Source: Orbicella franksi
Taxonomy: Eukaryota
Reading direction: 5' to 3'
Assembly: GCA_964199315.1 (NCBI GenBank)
Contig: OZ116702.1
Span: 32,674,001-32,738,000 of the forward strand
DNA: 64,000 bases
Shown: positions 25,451-39,100 of the stretch, one piece after another
How the letters are laid out: every line of letters begins with the position of its first letter
How positions within the stretch are numbered: position 1 is the stretch's first letter
Program-made: the position numbers and the translations under genes
The notes under the pieces: model-generated
Databases searched by the model: none
Seen by the model: the letters and a program-made list of their open reading frames with translations, nothing else
Told to the model about the DNA's origin: nothing

Positions 25451-26450
25451 TTAAAAATTATTTTACAAGCCGAAACAGTTGGTAAATATTGTACAATCTG
25501 TTAGGCAACGAATTGGTAATTTATACATTTAAGTCCTTGGCTATAAAACACAATATCATTTGCAGGTATTGGGGAAAACATTATTCTTGTCGAGGGGAAG
25601 TTGGGCAATTTTTTTCAGCAAATATATTTTTTTCATCATGACAATTGGAGAGGACTTTTTACCTCTTTACAGTTTCCAAGAATATTTTTTATTTCACATG
25701 CTTTAGGTTTTTTTTTATCACACAGCTGGCTTGATATTTTGTATCTTGGTTTCACTATACATATTAAGATATTTTCTCCACTTCTCCTTTCCAAGAAATA
25801 TCCAGTTCTCCTCTCTCACAAAAATTAAACAGCTCTTCCTCAGTGCTTATAAATTCCTCTACAGTGAGCTTTGAAGTATACTTTTAATTTAAAAATTCAG
25901 CTTAAGTTACTGTTTATCTTTCAAAGACAATTCGAATTCTAGCACATACAATATAATGCAATATTGATAATGTCAAAATTTTCACAATATAATATATTCA
26001 TGTGTAGTAAATTTTGCACCACCGGCAATTTTTTTCCCATTTTCATTTACTAATATCTACAGAAAATTATGTTTTATGGAACAAATAAACAAATAAAACC
26101 TTTGAAACTAAAATACTGACCACCAAAACAGTATGATAAAAATTCATAGATATCATTTCCATCTGTAAAACAACTCAAAAGAATTAAGTAAAATTCCTTC
26201 ACATTTACCATTTGTCAAATTAGTGAAGAAAAATAATTGATGTTGTTTTTTGTTTTTTCATATAGGTAAAAACAGTCTACCTCATAAATGACTATACCGC
26301 ATTGTATTAAAAACATGGATATGCATAATATATGACATATTCCCCTGGGGCAGGAAATTAAGGATTTGATTGCATAAATAATCAGCAATCAAAGCCAAAA
26401 CAGAATTAAGCTAAGTGAAATTATATTATCCACCGTAAATAATTCTAAAT

Positions 26451-27761
26451 CTATAGATGGAAGATAATTTCAGGTATTTGTCCAGCGGATACAGAAGTAC
26501 CATTTGGGCTGTTATGTTCAATAAATGTAAATGTTACACCCTCTGTCACCACAGTCGCGAATCCATCCCTTCCACTTTGAGAACAAGGTCCCTGCATGAG
26601 CAGGTTAATTGTGTACACTACATTTTTCTCAATCAAATGGGCGCTATCAAATAAGATGTCGTGAAGTGTAGAGCCTGTATCAGATGAAAAAGCACTTTTA
26701 CGCTCAGCCAGGACTTTGGTTTGTTTCAAAAGTTCCACACTGCTTGTATAGTCCCCTTCCATTTTGCTCGCTCCGTACACCGCTATCCCTTTCACATAAA
26801 TAGGTCGGTCGACCATGAATTTTATCGCGTCGCATTTTCTTGTGTCGCAGAACCAGTCGTTTCCACAACAGCTTTTGAATCGAGAACATCTCAAAGTTTC
26901 CTTTAGCATCGTTCCTCTGGGAGTTCGTGGAATTTTAGAGAATTGAAGTTTTGTTTCCATGCTAGAGAAGAAGTACAAAAATATGTTGGTTGTTTCTTCG
27001 TATGACAGCATACCTGATCTTGCAACTTCGTCGGCGAATTCTAACGGAGACATCAAAGGAAACCTTATAAATTTCATGGCCTGAGAAGACACTACCCTCT
27101 TATTGTCAGCAGTCGCTTCAATACCTTGCCGAAAGCATTCATTCTCGGACCAAGAATTGACGGCTTTGAACATTTGAATTTCTTTGGCCGATATTGTGTT
27201 TCGTTGTACAAGAAGCGACAAGGTTTCTACATCAAGGTCTGGAAATGCCTCCGACTCTAACACTTGAGTTGTATACGAGTCTATCATCTCCCAGCATCTT
27301 TCTTGAAGTGTCTCTTTTCCCAAATACCTGGCATGACAGAGAACCGTTAAGGCATTCTCCGGGTTCAAACTCGCCTCAACAAAATTTATGCATTTGGCTG
27401 CAAGAAAAGGTAACATGTACTTTTCTGCCAAATAAAGCACACCTAGGGCATTATCTAGAGTCAAAACTGCTTCGTCTGTGTACACGAAACGCAGAAGTTC
27501 CATGAAGCACTCGACCTCGGAGTCACCAACGGCTACGTCGGACTCTTGCTCGGCCATTCGACCGTAAAACATGGCGAAAAACACCGGACTACTTATGGCC
27601 AAAACGTATTTATGGCCCGGAATGCGAACTTTATCTTTGCCCACCAAGAAGTGCACATCGCTAAGTATCTCGTTGTTAAACATGAGCTCGTTTCTTTCTC
27701 GCACTGTCGCTGCTTTGAGCTGGCATTTCTCGAAACTTGGAATCTCACTCGCGGACGCCAT
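26451..27761 (-). CDS. BTB/POZ-BACK-PHR domain protein (BTBD1/2/3/6 family), 436 aa, single exon
   Basis: BTB (SDVHFLVG...HKYVLAISSPVFFAMFYG...LYLAEKY), BACK (FIRFPLM) and C-terminal PHR (RCSRF...CDAIKF...GQIPEIIF) domains in an intact ORF. Confidence 0.95.
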   Translation of the reverse strand: MASASEIPSFEKCQLKAATVRERNELMFNNEILSDVHFLVGKDKVRIPGHKYVLAISSPVFFAMFYGRMAEQESDVAVGDSEVECFMELLRFVYTDEAVLTLDNALGVLYLAEKYMLPFLAAKCINFVEASLNPENALTVLCHARYLGKETLQERCWEMIDSYTTQVLESEAFPDLDVETLSLLVQRNTISAKEIQMFKAVNSWSENECFRQGIEATADNKRVVSSQAMKFIRFPLMSPLEFADEVARSGMLSYEETTNIFLYFFSSMETKLQFSKIPRTPRGTMLKETLRCSRFKSCCGNDWFCDTRKCDAIKFMVDRPIYVKGIAVYGASKMEGDYTSSVELLKQTKVLAERKSAFSSDTGSTLHDILFDSAHLIEKNVVYTINLLMQGPCSQSGRDGFATVVTEGVTFTFIEHNSPNGTSVSAGQIPEIIFHL

Positions 27762-30714
27762 CTTTGTTGTTGTTCGACGTTGTGGTCGGGAATTTTTTGA
27801 ATGAACAAAAGATTATGTAACCTCGCTTTGATTTCTGGGTAAGTAATTAATGAATGTCACGCAATATTGCTCGACACACGATCCTCTGAAACAGAACGAA
27901 AGTCACGATGGACGACTTGATAAAGATAATCATGTGATATCCTTCAATTTCCATCTGATGGATAGTGAAAATCCATAAATTGCATTTGAGAAGCCATCTT
28001 TGAGAGAACGATTCCCAAAAGCTTACGAGGGCGGTGGCTTTTCACCCACACAAATTCTCCGCCGTGAAAAGAATGACAGTCTTTGTACGACTTTGTACGA
28101 TTCTAATTTATACGGTCGGTTTATTTAAAGTAAAAAGGCGTTGCCTATTGTCTAGAAAACCGGTTAGTCGACTAACCGCAAGGACCTAAAAATATGGGTC
28201 ACTTGGAAAATAGAAGACGAAAATATTCGATTCTGTGTTTTCTTGGGCAATCATCGATCATCACTGCTAAAATAATTATTCAAGTGTTCCCAGTCACTTG
28301 TTTCCAAATTTCGCCGCTTTTTCAGCGAAATCAAAATTCAAATTTACGGCATATTTACGAATTTACAAATATCTCCAGGACACGAAATATTCTGTCTCCC
28401 CACAATAACCCGTTTCTTTTACATGGAAATATTTTTCACTTAAACGATATTTTACGTGTCCGGGTCGAACGTAGCAATAATATTAAAGCAAGTGGGAGAT
28501 TTGATTTACACGAAACATTTTACGTGGTAGACTTGTCGTAAGCTTGCCGCATTCGACAAGGTTGGACCGTCTATTAAAATCATCACGTTTTTTCGCACCT
28601 GAGGCGCATTAAGCTGCCACGCTCATCGACTACTGGCCTGTTTTGCACTGTGCCTGCGATACACTACAGCAGGCCCTTCCATTATATTGTTCGGAGCTCC
28701 TTCCTCACAGTTCTTACAAAGGAAGCGCTTTGGACTCCCCTCGGGCTTTGACTCAAGAGAGTTATTTCAATCAGTAACGAGTTACTTCAATCCCAACCCA
28801 GTTTACGTTGTATCGTTATTAGGTCTTTCAGCCGGTAAGCAGGTTTTCTTTTAATTTAATTTTAATTTTCTTTAGTCCGGTGCATGGTCGTTAGTACTAC
28901 GCAACTATCTATATTGGCCTCGAAATAAAGCGTAAAAGAGTTTGTTTACACAGCTGAAAACGTTTTCCCCTACCCGATGATTTGCCATATTCTCATCCTC
29001 ATTTCAGATAAACTTCATGTTGCTGGCATTTTGCTGTTACGCTCGGTTCTTGGAAAACACCAATTGAAATTTGTCAACCAGGAATTAAAATACTGCATAT
29101 CACTCCATTGCTGATTATTTTAAGTTATTCTTTCAAGAAAACTGAAAATTAAAAAAAGCGATTTGAGCTCAATACAAATCCTTGAAACAGGTCACGTTCA
29201 TAAAATGGTTATGTAACAGTTAATTAATGGTCTCCGTATACTACCTGGGTTATCTGCTAAATTGACATTTTCAGTGCTCGTTACTTGTCATTGCAGGAAA
29301 TACCAAGCGTCTTTGAAAGTCTGATCTTCAATTTGTCAAAGGGTCCAGTTTTCTTTAAAAAAAAACAAACAAACATGGAGTAACTTCCTCCAGTAAGATA
29401 GATTAAGACCGGTCGGGTTTTGCTCCTGAAGTCCACCGCGCGATTGGAAAAGTTAAAAATTATGCAAGCCCCTCCCTATAGATGGTTTTTCCTTTGCTTC
29501 ACATTCAGTATATTCGCGTCGCTCTGGAAAAAGTCCTCAAAAGTGACTGAAGTTTCATATTCTATTTCCCTCCGCCAGAAAATATTTAATTTTAGTTCAA
29601 GAGCCAAGCGCGGGCGGAAAACGTGGAAGTCTATATTTTAATCTCTTGTAACGCAAAAGGTTTTCGATAGGTTTTAACACCCTTTCATTCCTTGATTGGA
29701 TTTAGTGATCTTATTCAAGTACATCTTCAATTTGAAGTTGAGTTAGAGGGTTATTGCATTAAAGGTAGAAATTTACGATATTTGTTCCTAACGGGGGTGT
29801 AAGGCCATGCTGTAAACATGACACATTTTTAATTAACACTATCTCAGTCAAATGGAAATTTGCGTAAAGATGATTTAAATTCCACCATACTGTGAAGAAC
29901 AATCGAGTCTCTTTCGTATTTCAAATGCATTACAAGTTTTAAATTCTCGTTTTCCTTCGCGTGCAACACTTTGACAAGTTATCGTAATTGCTTTCTCCAT
30001 TAAGTAATAAGACCATCAACATTTATCTGATAATTACTCATCCTTGTTCTCAAAGACATTTTAAAGTGCATAAGTTATTTGCGATAAGTGAATTATCAAG
30101 AAAAGACATTCAGCCTCTCGTTTAAAATGAGAGTGTTTGTAAAAAATCACTTTAACTCTCCGCACGTGAAAGGAACTGACGGTGCTGTTTATCTTTAAAC
30201 TTTCCGAAGTCTCTTGTTTAAAGGTAATCTGTTAGGTTCACGTTTTAGGACCTGCGTTTTTGATGAAACAAATTTGTCGTAAAAAAGGAATTTTCGTTAC
30301 TGAGCCCGGACCCTCGAGAAATGTCTAAAAACATTCTAAAGTGACACGACAGTGATTTTAAAATATGAAATGAATGGTGGCCGCTTCTCCTGAATTATGT
30401 GCCTGTAATTTTGCTGTTATCAGATCGCTCCGCCAAGTTTGACAGACCAATAGTTAAAGTAGTGGATTATTTAGGGTCGTGTTTGCCTTAGAAGTCAAAA
30501 CATTTGCAAACTTCAGCCCCACCTACGCCAGATAAATATACCTGAAACCGTCAGAAATGTTCTTCCCTGAGATAAACAGCGGTTGACGTTACATATACAG
30601 AAGCCTTTATAAGAGAACGGGTGTTACAGAGTTAGGAGGGGGGTGTTCTTGAGTCAGAGCCGGCCGAATCTAACGACAAGCGAAAAAAAGTTGATTTATA
30701 AATCTCGAGAAGAA

Positions 30715-33700
30715 ATGCCTTCTTTAAAGGTAAGAATTCATCTTGCATGGTCGCACAGAAGCGTGATGCTGTATTCAAAGCTATGAAAAGTGATGCGGGA
30801 GGCGAGGTGGCCTCATGGACGGATCGAGCGGTCCGGGTTCAAGCCCTGGCCGAGGACATTATGTTGTGTTCTTGGGCGAGACACTTAAGTCTCACAGCGG
30901 GTATCGACGAATTTAATGCTGGGGGTATCCCTGCGACGGACTAGCATCCCATCCTATCTTGTTATTATTATTGTTCAGGGAGGAGTAGAAATACTCTTAG
31001 TCACTTCATGCTACAGAAACCGGAGATAAGCGTCGACCTGATGGGCCACTTGGCTCGTATGCAGACTTTTTTTCTTACCTATAAAAGTAATGTTTAACGG
31101 TAAGGGCCTTGTACGCGCAGCACTATCAGAGCAAGTAGCTAACTCGCTAGTTGCCGGTACAGGTCGCCTTTAATGGATCTTAGGTTGACTGATTGCGGAA
31201 ACGTGGAATAAACCATAGCTTTGACATGAAAACTCTCGCGAAAGAGGTTCCTCAGCACCTGTAGGTTATTTAGTGTCTTTTAACAGCTAGCGCTGCTAAA
31301 ATACACCCAAACACGCTGCCGATTACTGATGCAAAAACTAGTTACATATAGCTTTTGCGACAAACCATACGCTTCGCGCTCCAGTGTAGATTAAGAGCTT
31401 AAAAAAAAGCCAAATTAAACATAAGATCGAACTATTTCTCTGAGTATTATGAAAACCGATCCGATTAAATCGTAGCACCGTGATTATTAAATAAAACCCA
31501 ACAGCTGGTGTCCAACATGACCAACATGGGTCCAACATCTCAGTACGGGATGGTAGACATGGTAGTTTGACCGCTTTATTGAAAAATGTTGTTACTTGTG
31601 AGAGGACAGAATCAGAGGTCCACACTGACAAAAAGTTTAAAACAGAAATTATAACTGAAGAAAATCATAACGGAAGAAAAAAGTAATTGTGACTATTAAA
31701 ATTGTGGGTATTAGGCCGAGAAATAGGATTGCAGCGCTCTTTGATCACATGTACACCTGAATAAAACCGTCATAGCAAGCTTAGGGTATTAATTTTAATT
31801 AACATGATATCTTCCGGCCTCTTCTTAACTTTAATATGTTCAACCTACATGCCAATCAGGAAATGGGAAGAGATTCTCGATAACAGACGAATGTAAATGA
31901 AGTTTGACACCCATGTCTTTTGCTCTCTGCCTGAAGTGTTGCCTATGTGTGGTTTCATTGAATAAACTCAGATTATATTGTTATGTACTGTACTGTTAAT
32001 CAAGTTTTATAAACAAGAACTATGCAGTATCTGCTCGGCTATCATGTTACTGATGTTGTTCAGTTTACGGATTTTCCTGCCAGGGTTTGAGGTGGTGGTG
32101 AGGGATGGGGTGATTGGGGTGGGAGAAACCCTTGGAACGAGGTTAGATACACATTTTAGTCAGGCGCAGCGAAAATCAAGTCATAACTTTACATTCACAG
32201 TCAGTCTAATCCATTTTTATGTATCTAGCTCCTCCATGACGTTGTTTCGAGTTTTTCGTTGGATGTTTCGTTCACTGCGTAGCTGACGGTGCCTTGCGTG
32301 AAGGTGTCACACAGGAAACCTAAAACGTCGCGCGTGTTGAATCATCGCGTGACAAGACTAGAGCGTTCTGAAATACCAACCTGGAGAAAATGTCTACCTA
32401 CAGGTCACACGAGCAAGACACGAGCAAGACAACTGACTGCGATAACAGCTATTTAAATGTTACATAACGTTCCTTAATTAATGGCAAAATCGTCAAAAAC
32501 GCGAAGACCTACAGGTTTCCCATACATTAAACTGCTTTTCCTCACCTTGTCCAGTACAAACTTGAGTTTCATTTAATAATGACACCAATATGTTGACAAT
32601 CCGATAAAAATGTATTGTGCCGTCCGCGTGTTCAAATATAGACTTGACATATACCTCTAACGCCGATGATACCTTGACTATTGCAAGCAAAGCCCGTTTG
32701 AGAACTGTAAGAAAGCCATCATAAAACTTCACTTGCAAGTGCGTGCAATGAAGCGACAGAATAAGTCAAAATGGAAAGATCCATTAATGATTAAGGAGGT
32801 TTTATACTTTCACTGCTGTAGCAAGGGGCGCGCCTGATCTCAATGATAGTTTGCATGTTTTCGTTACAGAGTTGTAATACACGACATTGCATAGGGGAAG
32901 AGGGAGAATAGGAAAGAAAAAGAGTCTGGTGTAGAAAGTGTATTAACTATGTCACTTAAGTTTTTTGTATTATAGATCGTTCAGGGAGCAACCTCAAAAT
33001 TCGGAGGTCTCTTCATTACTTTCAGACTCAGATTTTTGCGTTGTTCTTGGGAGAGGAAATGCGCTGGCAACATCCTCGTTTTGTTACTTCACACCGAAAC
33101 CGAAACCAGTATTGTTAAGCCGGTTTCGTGCTTAGGGATTTCAACAATAATAATTGTCACAAGTTGTTAATTTATAACATCTTTTCTCTCTCCCTCTTTC
33201 AGAGGATTCCATTCCTTCTAGCTATCATTCTTACGCTGACCGAAGTGACTGCGGGCTTTCCCCAGCCGATTGACGTGTTAGGTCCAAGTGAGGAGGAACA
33301 TGTGTTTCCGCCTTTGGAATCAACTAATGGCACTTTAAAGTAAATAAACTTTCATTTCTAAGGGAGATGTAGTATCGGCTAGACTAGACTGATCACAGGT
33401 ATTAAAAATTAGCACTTTCTCGTGATAAAACGTAAGTCATAATCCAGGTAACGGTCTAACTGTATACTGCGTTCACTAGTGGTCAGTTTTAATTCTTACA
33501 AATTTAGTTGATGTAAGGAAAGAGCGACCAAGAAAATAGGTCCGCAATGCATACTTCGATTTCGTGCATGCCAAGCTGATCGTGTATACATTGTATTTTT
33601 CAGCATACTCTAACCTGGAAAAAATACATAATGAATCTGTCCGCCATAAAACATGTGTACATGCAGTCTACGTACACTTGTACTGTTTACTTGAAACATT

Positions 33701-34304
33701 GTTTCGTTTGGATCGGAAGCAATGTGCTGTTTTCAATAGAATAGTATTAAATAGCAGCGTGACGGCATATAACCTCATACGCAAAAGTTCTTTGGGCTAT
33801 CTTCCTCCCAAGATTGCGTGACGTGCTCAAAGAGCGTTTGCGAAGGAGGCTAGTATGCATATGATTTGGTCAGTTAAGCAACGAACAGCATAGGAAGCTA
33901 CTGATGCTTTGCGGACCTATTTTCTTGTTTGATTTGACCGTACAAATTCAAGCTTTGTTAGAATCTAGCAATACATTCCCGACTTTCTTTTGTACAGCTC
34001 CCGCTCTCATGTTGCAAAACGATTCCTAGACGACACTCGCGCCTGCCAAGAGATCTACTCACGACTGGACCCCCAGAAATACTTCAACAGTAAAGATACC
34101 TTCATTCCCAGGTTTGCCTACAGCGTCAAATGTGAAGGCACTCCAAGCGACCCTCCGGCCTGCGGTGTGACGGGTGGGAGGATGCGCTGTTTGACAAGAA
34201 CAGGACGCGTGGAATTCATGCGTATACCGAGCGGGATTGGACAATGCCTCAGGCGCAGGCGCGTGGTGATTTCCGACGTGCCTGTAGGATGCTACTGTGT
34301 GTAA
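30715..34304 (+). CDS. Secreted cystine-knot prepro-ligand (IL-17/Spaetzle/Trunk-PTTH-like), about 152 aa, 3 exons
   Basis: join(30715-30729, 33203-33339, 33998-34304); phases 0 and 2 are consistent. Signal peptide MPSLKRIPFLLAIILTLTEVTAG, propeptide, KR site, and a mature domain with 7 Cys ending VPVGCYCV. Exons 2-3 are well supported. The 15-nt exon 1 is inferred from its strong donor (AAG|gtaaga) and is less certain. Confidence 0.8.
30797..31080 (+). mobile_element. tRNA-derived SINE with internal deletion
   Basis: A box remnant (ggtggcctcatgg), B box (gggttcaagccc), body gactagcatcccatcc...gtagaaatactc...catgctacagaaaccgg, and a LINE-like tail ttggctcgtatgcagacttt. Confidence 0.8.
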
Positions 34305-36100
34305 GCTACCTAAAGCGTCCAGGAGCACTCCCCTTACTTAATTTCCCTTAAAATGTCACTATTTAATGAAATGTTCAATGTAAAGTTCCTGAGACCAAAA
34401 GCGGCTCCTGTTATCTAAGGTATACAGAGTAGCGAAGTTAAGCAAGTGTCACACATTTTGCCAACTCAATTTAGATTAAATTAAAAGCGTCTATCACATC
34501 ATTTAGTTTCATTTTCTTGTAAACTACTGTTTTAGTGGACACGCATCACACTTATGTCTATAGTCGCCAAGTTTGAAATCCTTCCGGCGTTATTTACAGA
34601 CGCTTTTAATGAAGCTTCCGTCGCATGAAAGTAGAATAAAGTCCCTGGTTTCTTGAATGAAGCCATTTTGTAAAGACACGTAGAGGCTGCACATTCCATT
34701 GCCGTACAGCGAAATCTTAATCCGTGTGAGTTTGACGGAGAACACGGCGTTGTCAGCCTCGGAATCCACCTCTCATGCAGCTAATGGTCTTTTACAACTT
34801 CACGCATGCGCTTGGCCTTCCTGGTGGAAAGGTACCAAACTTCAAAACTGAATCGGGATAAATATCCTAAAATTTAACCTTTCAAAATGCTAAAAACTGT
34901 AAGTACCTGGGGAAAGATTAAACCAAATCGTAGCATTCAAGACGTCTAAGTAAAACGGAAGTAATGCTCCGTAGCTTTCATTTGATTGGTCACAAATGAG
35001 GGTTTTGTGTGCAGATTCAATCTCGCTCTCAGGGTCTCATCTTCCAGCCCTCCCAGAGCGGAAGGGAGACCCTGGGAACAAGGTTGGTGTAGACTCAAAT
35101 GTTTTTTACTCTGGATTTCGATAGCACAGCTTACACGAGGTTTCAAACAGATGGGAAAACACAAAACTTTGTGCCCCTCTAACTCGTTGATAGCCTGACA
35201 GAGAACCTAATTTGTTCATTTAAACTTCGACCGTCCAAACCCAAGAAAGTTACTCGGTTACGGATGTTTCAACCTTATGTTTAATGATCCTTTACATTAT
35301 TTCATGAATCAAGTACTAACTATACGTTACATGAAAAAAGAATCAACTACTCCTTTTTAGTAGCATTTCATATGCAGGCGAATTAATAATCAGGTGACAT
35401 TTCGAGTTTCACTCTTATAGTTAATACGAAAGTAACCTTCGGTTACCGTTCTAAGGCCAAATAGAACAAGAACGAGAGTCGATAAAAATAACGGACCCAC
35501 GAGAGGTAGACTTCTACAGACTTATATTTCAGCGCCTGGTTAAACGAGCTGCGACTGCGCGAGAGCCGTAATGAAGTCCTTGTCAAACCAGAGCGCGCGT
35601 TAGTTAGCGGTCAAACTGGAGCGAGAGTTCGTTCTTTCACCAATTCTTGTTTTCGTTCTATTTTTGCCCATCTAAACCTACAAAACTTACATACATTCTA
35701 AGAACTCGTTTTACAAGCACTCATTTTATACGTTACTTCAAGTTAAAAATAGTGTATGTTTCACATACTCTTATAAAACTAGACTATCATTTTAAACTGT
35801 TAAACTTCTAGTTTATATTATAACCTACAATACATAGCTATGGTGAAAATACTTTAAACTTCAAGCAGGCCTTATTGTACTTTAAAACTAAGCTCTAATA
35901 GACATTAATAACCTAAGACACTCTCACTACCGCAATGAATTCCTGTACTTCAACACCGAAAAATAAGAAACGCACACCAATCAGAATAATTAATCCTAAG
36001 TATGCAAATGCATGACCTCGCATTGCAAGGAACCTTCTTGCGGATCACGCTCTTTAGTGAAAGCGCCCAGGTAGTTCCTGGTAGTACATCTGACTCAGAG

Positions 36101-39100
36101 TTAAATCTCGAAAAACTGCTCCACGCGTCCATAAACATCCACCCTCCAGCGGTAAGGCTGCCAGTTGTCAGTGTCATGCGCACGGACAACTCTGACTGCT
36201 TGCTCTTCGAAACCAATCTCTGCGCGAACATTCAACGGCGTTCCATCTTCACGAGTTAAGGTGAACGCATCGAGGTTTAGCACAGACGCAATCTGCGAAA
36301 TACAAAGAAATGCAAACTGGTCACAACGTGTCGTTCCCCAACGTCTGAGAACAGAAGAAGTACGAGCTATTGGTCGAAATCTGGCAGAGTAAAAACACTC
36401 AATACATCAGTTTTGTTTCTCGTAACCCAATCAGAAAAGTGCGAGCAGCTATCACACAGAATGTTTTTTTTGGAAACTTTACATCACGTTCTCAAGCGCA
36501 CGGAGGCCACGGAATTTTTTTTTAGGCGGGGAGGAGGGAGCGGGGAACGTTATTTGAGGAAGATGAGTGGTAGAGTTTTAGAGGTATACCGGACTCCTTT
36601 GCCCCAAGTGACCAATAAAAAAGGTACAAAGAGTGTAGAAGGTTGTCATACATTGCCATGATGCTCTCTTCCCAGGTTGCCGTAGGATGTACTTGGTCTT
36701 TCTCGGATGGTAAAAACCAAATTCCCTTCGCTGTCCTTTATGTGAAGCTTCGTAAGATCTGAGATTAACAAAATCGAGTTCTAATTAGCAAATATACTCT
36801 CTTCATGTATTACCTTGTATATTTTTTAATGTTAGTTATTAATTAGTAAATTAATTAATTAATTAATTAATTAAATCATTAATTAAACAAACAACAAGCA
36901 AATAGATATTAAATAAGAGACCGACATTCCTCGAAAAGTGAAAGCAGTTAAACTACACGAGAAAGAGGTTTGATGTTTATGGTGTAGAAAAAGTTCAAAT
37001 TCGCAAAATAATGTAATAATATCTTGTTAATTATTGGTAGCCAGTGGAGTTCCTTCACGGTGACAAGTCATGTGCTCCAGTAAACAGCAATGCCTTGCAG
37101 TTTTTAGGTTTGGTGAGAATTAAGCCAAGACTTTATTGACTTGTATATTGAGCAATGTTTGCCATAATTCTCTGTCATACAGTTGGAGTCTTAACAGGGC
37201 TGTGCTCTAAAAGTGCCTGAGTGCCACAGGTGACTACCTTCTGCCTTTGAGCGACTGGAAAAACTTACTTTTTTCATATAAGCTTAAGTGCTATCTGTTC
37301 CTATTTAGGGTCAAGTAATAAGTTTACCTGTTATGGAGTACAACCATTCTGGGGTAGCAAAGGCTCCTGAAAGGGGCTGGGTGCTAGACATGTCTGCATC
37401 ACCAAGTAGCTGACCTACAGTTGAACAAAGAAAACGATGTTATCATAAAGACCTACGGCTTATAGGCAGAGGGTGGCATGGGCAGGGCAAGAGGGGAGGG
37501 GAGAGAACAACCTCAATACTCATTTAGGATGACGACAGATCTCAACAATGTGAATACAAACTTTCTGAATGAGGAAGTACAAGACTGAGACTATGCAGCC
37601 CGGTTGTCTTATAAATCTTAGACTTTCGACTATTATTTTCTTTGGAGTTTCTCCTGTCAATCCAAAACTATAAATAATTTGTGTTTTCAAGTATTTCAAT
37701 GCAAGTTTGTAAATTAAAATTTATTTCATCACTCAGAGTTCATCTCCACTAAGGGAAGGTTTTTGGTTATTTTGAACAACCAGGAGAATTCCACGCACGT
37801 ACAGAAACAAGACATCAGTGAATACAAAATACTGCACCTATGAACTGGCCAACATTGAAATCTTCGCCTTTCAGAAGGTTGATGTCATTGTCATTAACAT
37901 CAGCGTTTTCCTCAATTTCGTTCAAAACTCTGTCCAAGTCCTGACCTTCAAGGCTGAGAAATAGCTCTGATAAACAAAAGAGAGCACACGGAGATGATCT
38001 CAATTATGGCCATTGATCTTTGACAGGAAGTACCATACAAGTTTAAAGATCTCACTCAATTTGCTTTCTTCAAAAGTGTTAAAAACTATGTTCTATCTCA
38101 ACAATATCAAACGTAAGTTTCCACAATTCTTCTAGCTCTTCCCTTCAGTAATCCGTCATTCTACTCCCATGTTTTTTTTAATGTTCACTCAGACGAGATG
38201 GAGGATAGCTCCATAACCTCTCTGTTCTATTAGCCTCCATGCACAAACTATATAACAATGTCACCTTTAATTGTTTTATATGAATCTTTTTTTCTTTTTT
38301 ATGCTAATATTGTAATTTCAAAATGTAAGTGGAAAATAAAGCGAAGTTGAAGTTGAAGTTGGAAATTATTAGCTGCTCTGATGTTATTATTGTATGCATT
38401 ATAAAAGTAAATTACAACATGAACATGCAACACCAGTCACTGCAATTATGCTGATGGGTAATACCCACGAGGTGCTAATCAGTATTTTAATTGAGGGTGT
38501 CCTTTCATGTTGTTGAAATCTTTACTGTGTCATGAAGGGTGATTTCCAGATTTCCATAACCCGTTTCAGACTGATCTTTGTAAAATCTGTACTCCACACC
38601 ATAGCCTGAAGCTGTATTTGACAGCATTTCGTCAACTCAAATAACTCTTCTTTACTCACACATCCAGTGGTACATTCTGTAAAATGTTAGGTAAAGAGGC
38701 ACCATCTCGGCCATTTTCTAGGTATAAAACAGCTCAAGAACTATACCCTTTGGAAGGAAATCATCCCCATTAAAGCCAGGGTCAGAGAGGGGGAGGGGGT
38801 TACTTTCAACAAGGAAAGCTATGAGCAAAAACAACCTGGTCAACTCAAAAGATCCCTCCCCAGTAAAATCACGCAAAATGTAAGAGAACAGTAAGGAGAA
38901 TTTTGATGCTTTGTTCTTACCACTTTGCAATGACTGCAGTTGCTCTTCTGCAGACAGGTCTAGGCCTTGCCATGGCCCTCCTATAAACATGGCAGCTTCA
39001 ACCCCAAGTAGATCTGGCTCCTGGATGTCCCTGCTACTGTCATCATAGCCATCACGGGCTTTGCTGTCACTGTTGTTGTCGACGTCATCATCATCATCAT

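Noticed and set aside
38040-38247. Additional kinase exon
   Set aside because: All three frames contain stops, and exon 39286-38921 joins 37966 directly to give the NIK-like QSELFL motif.
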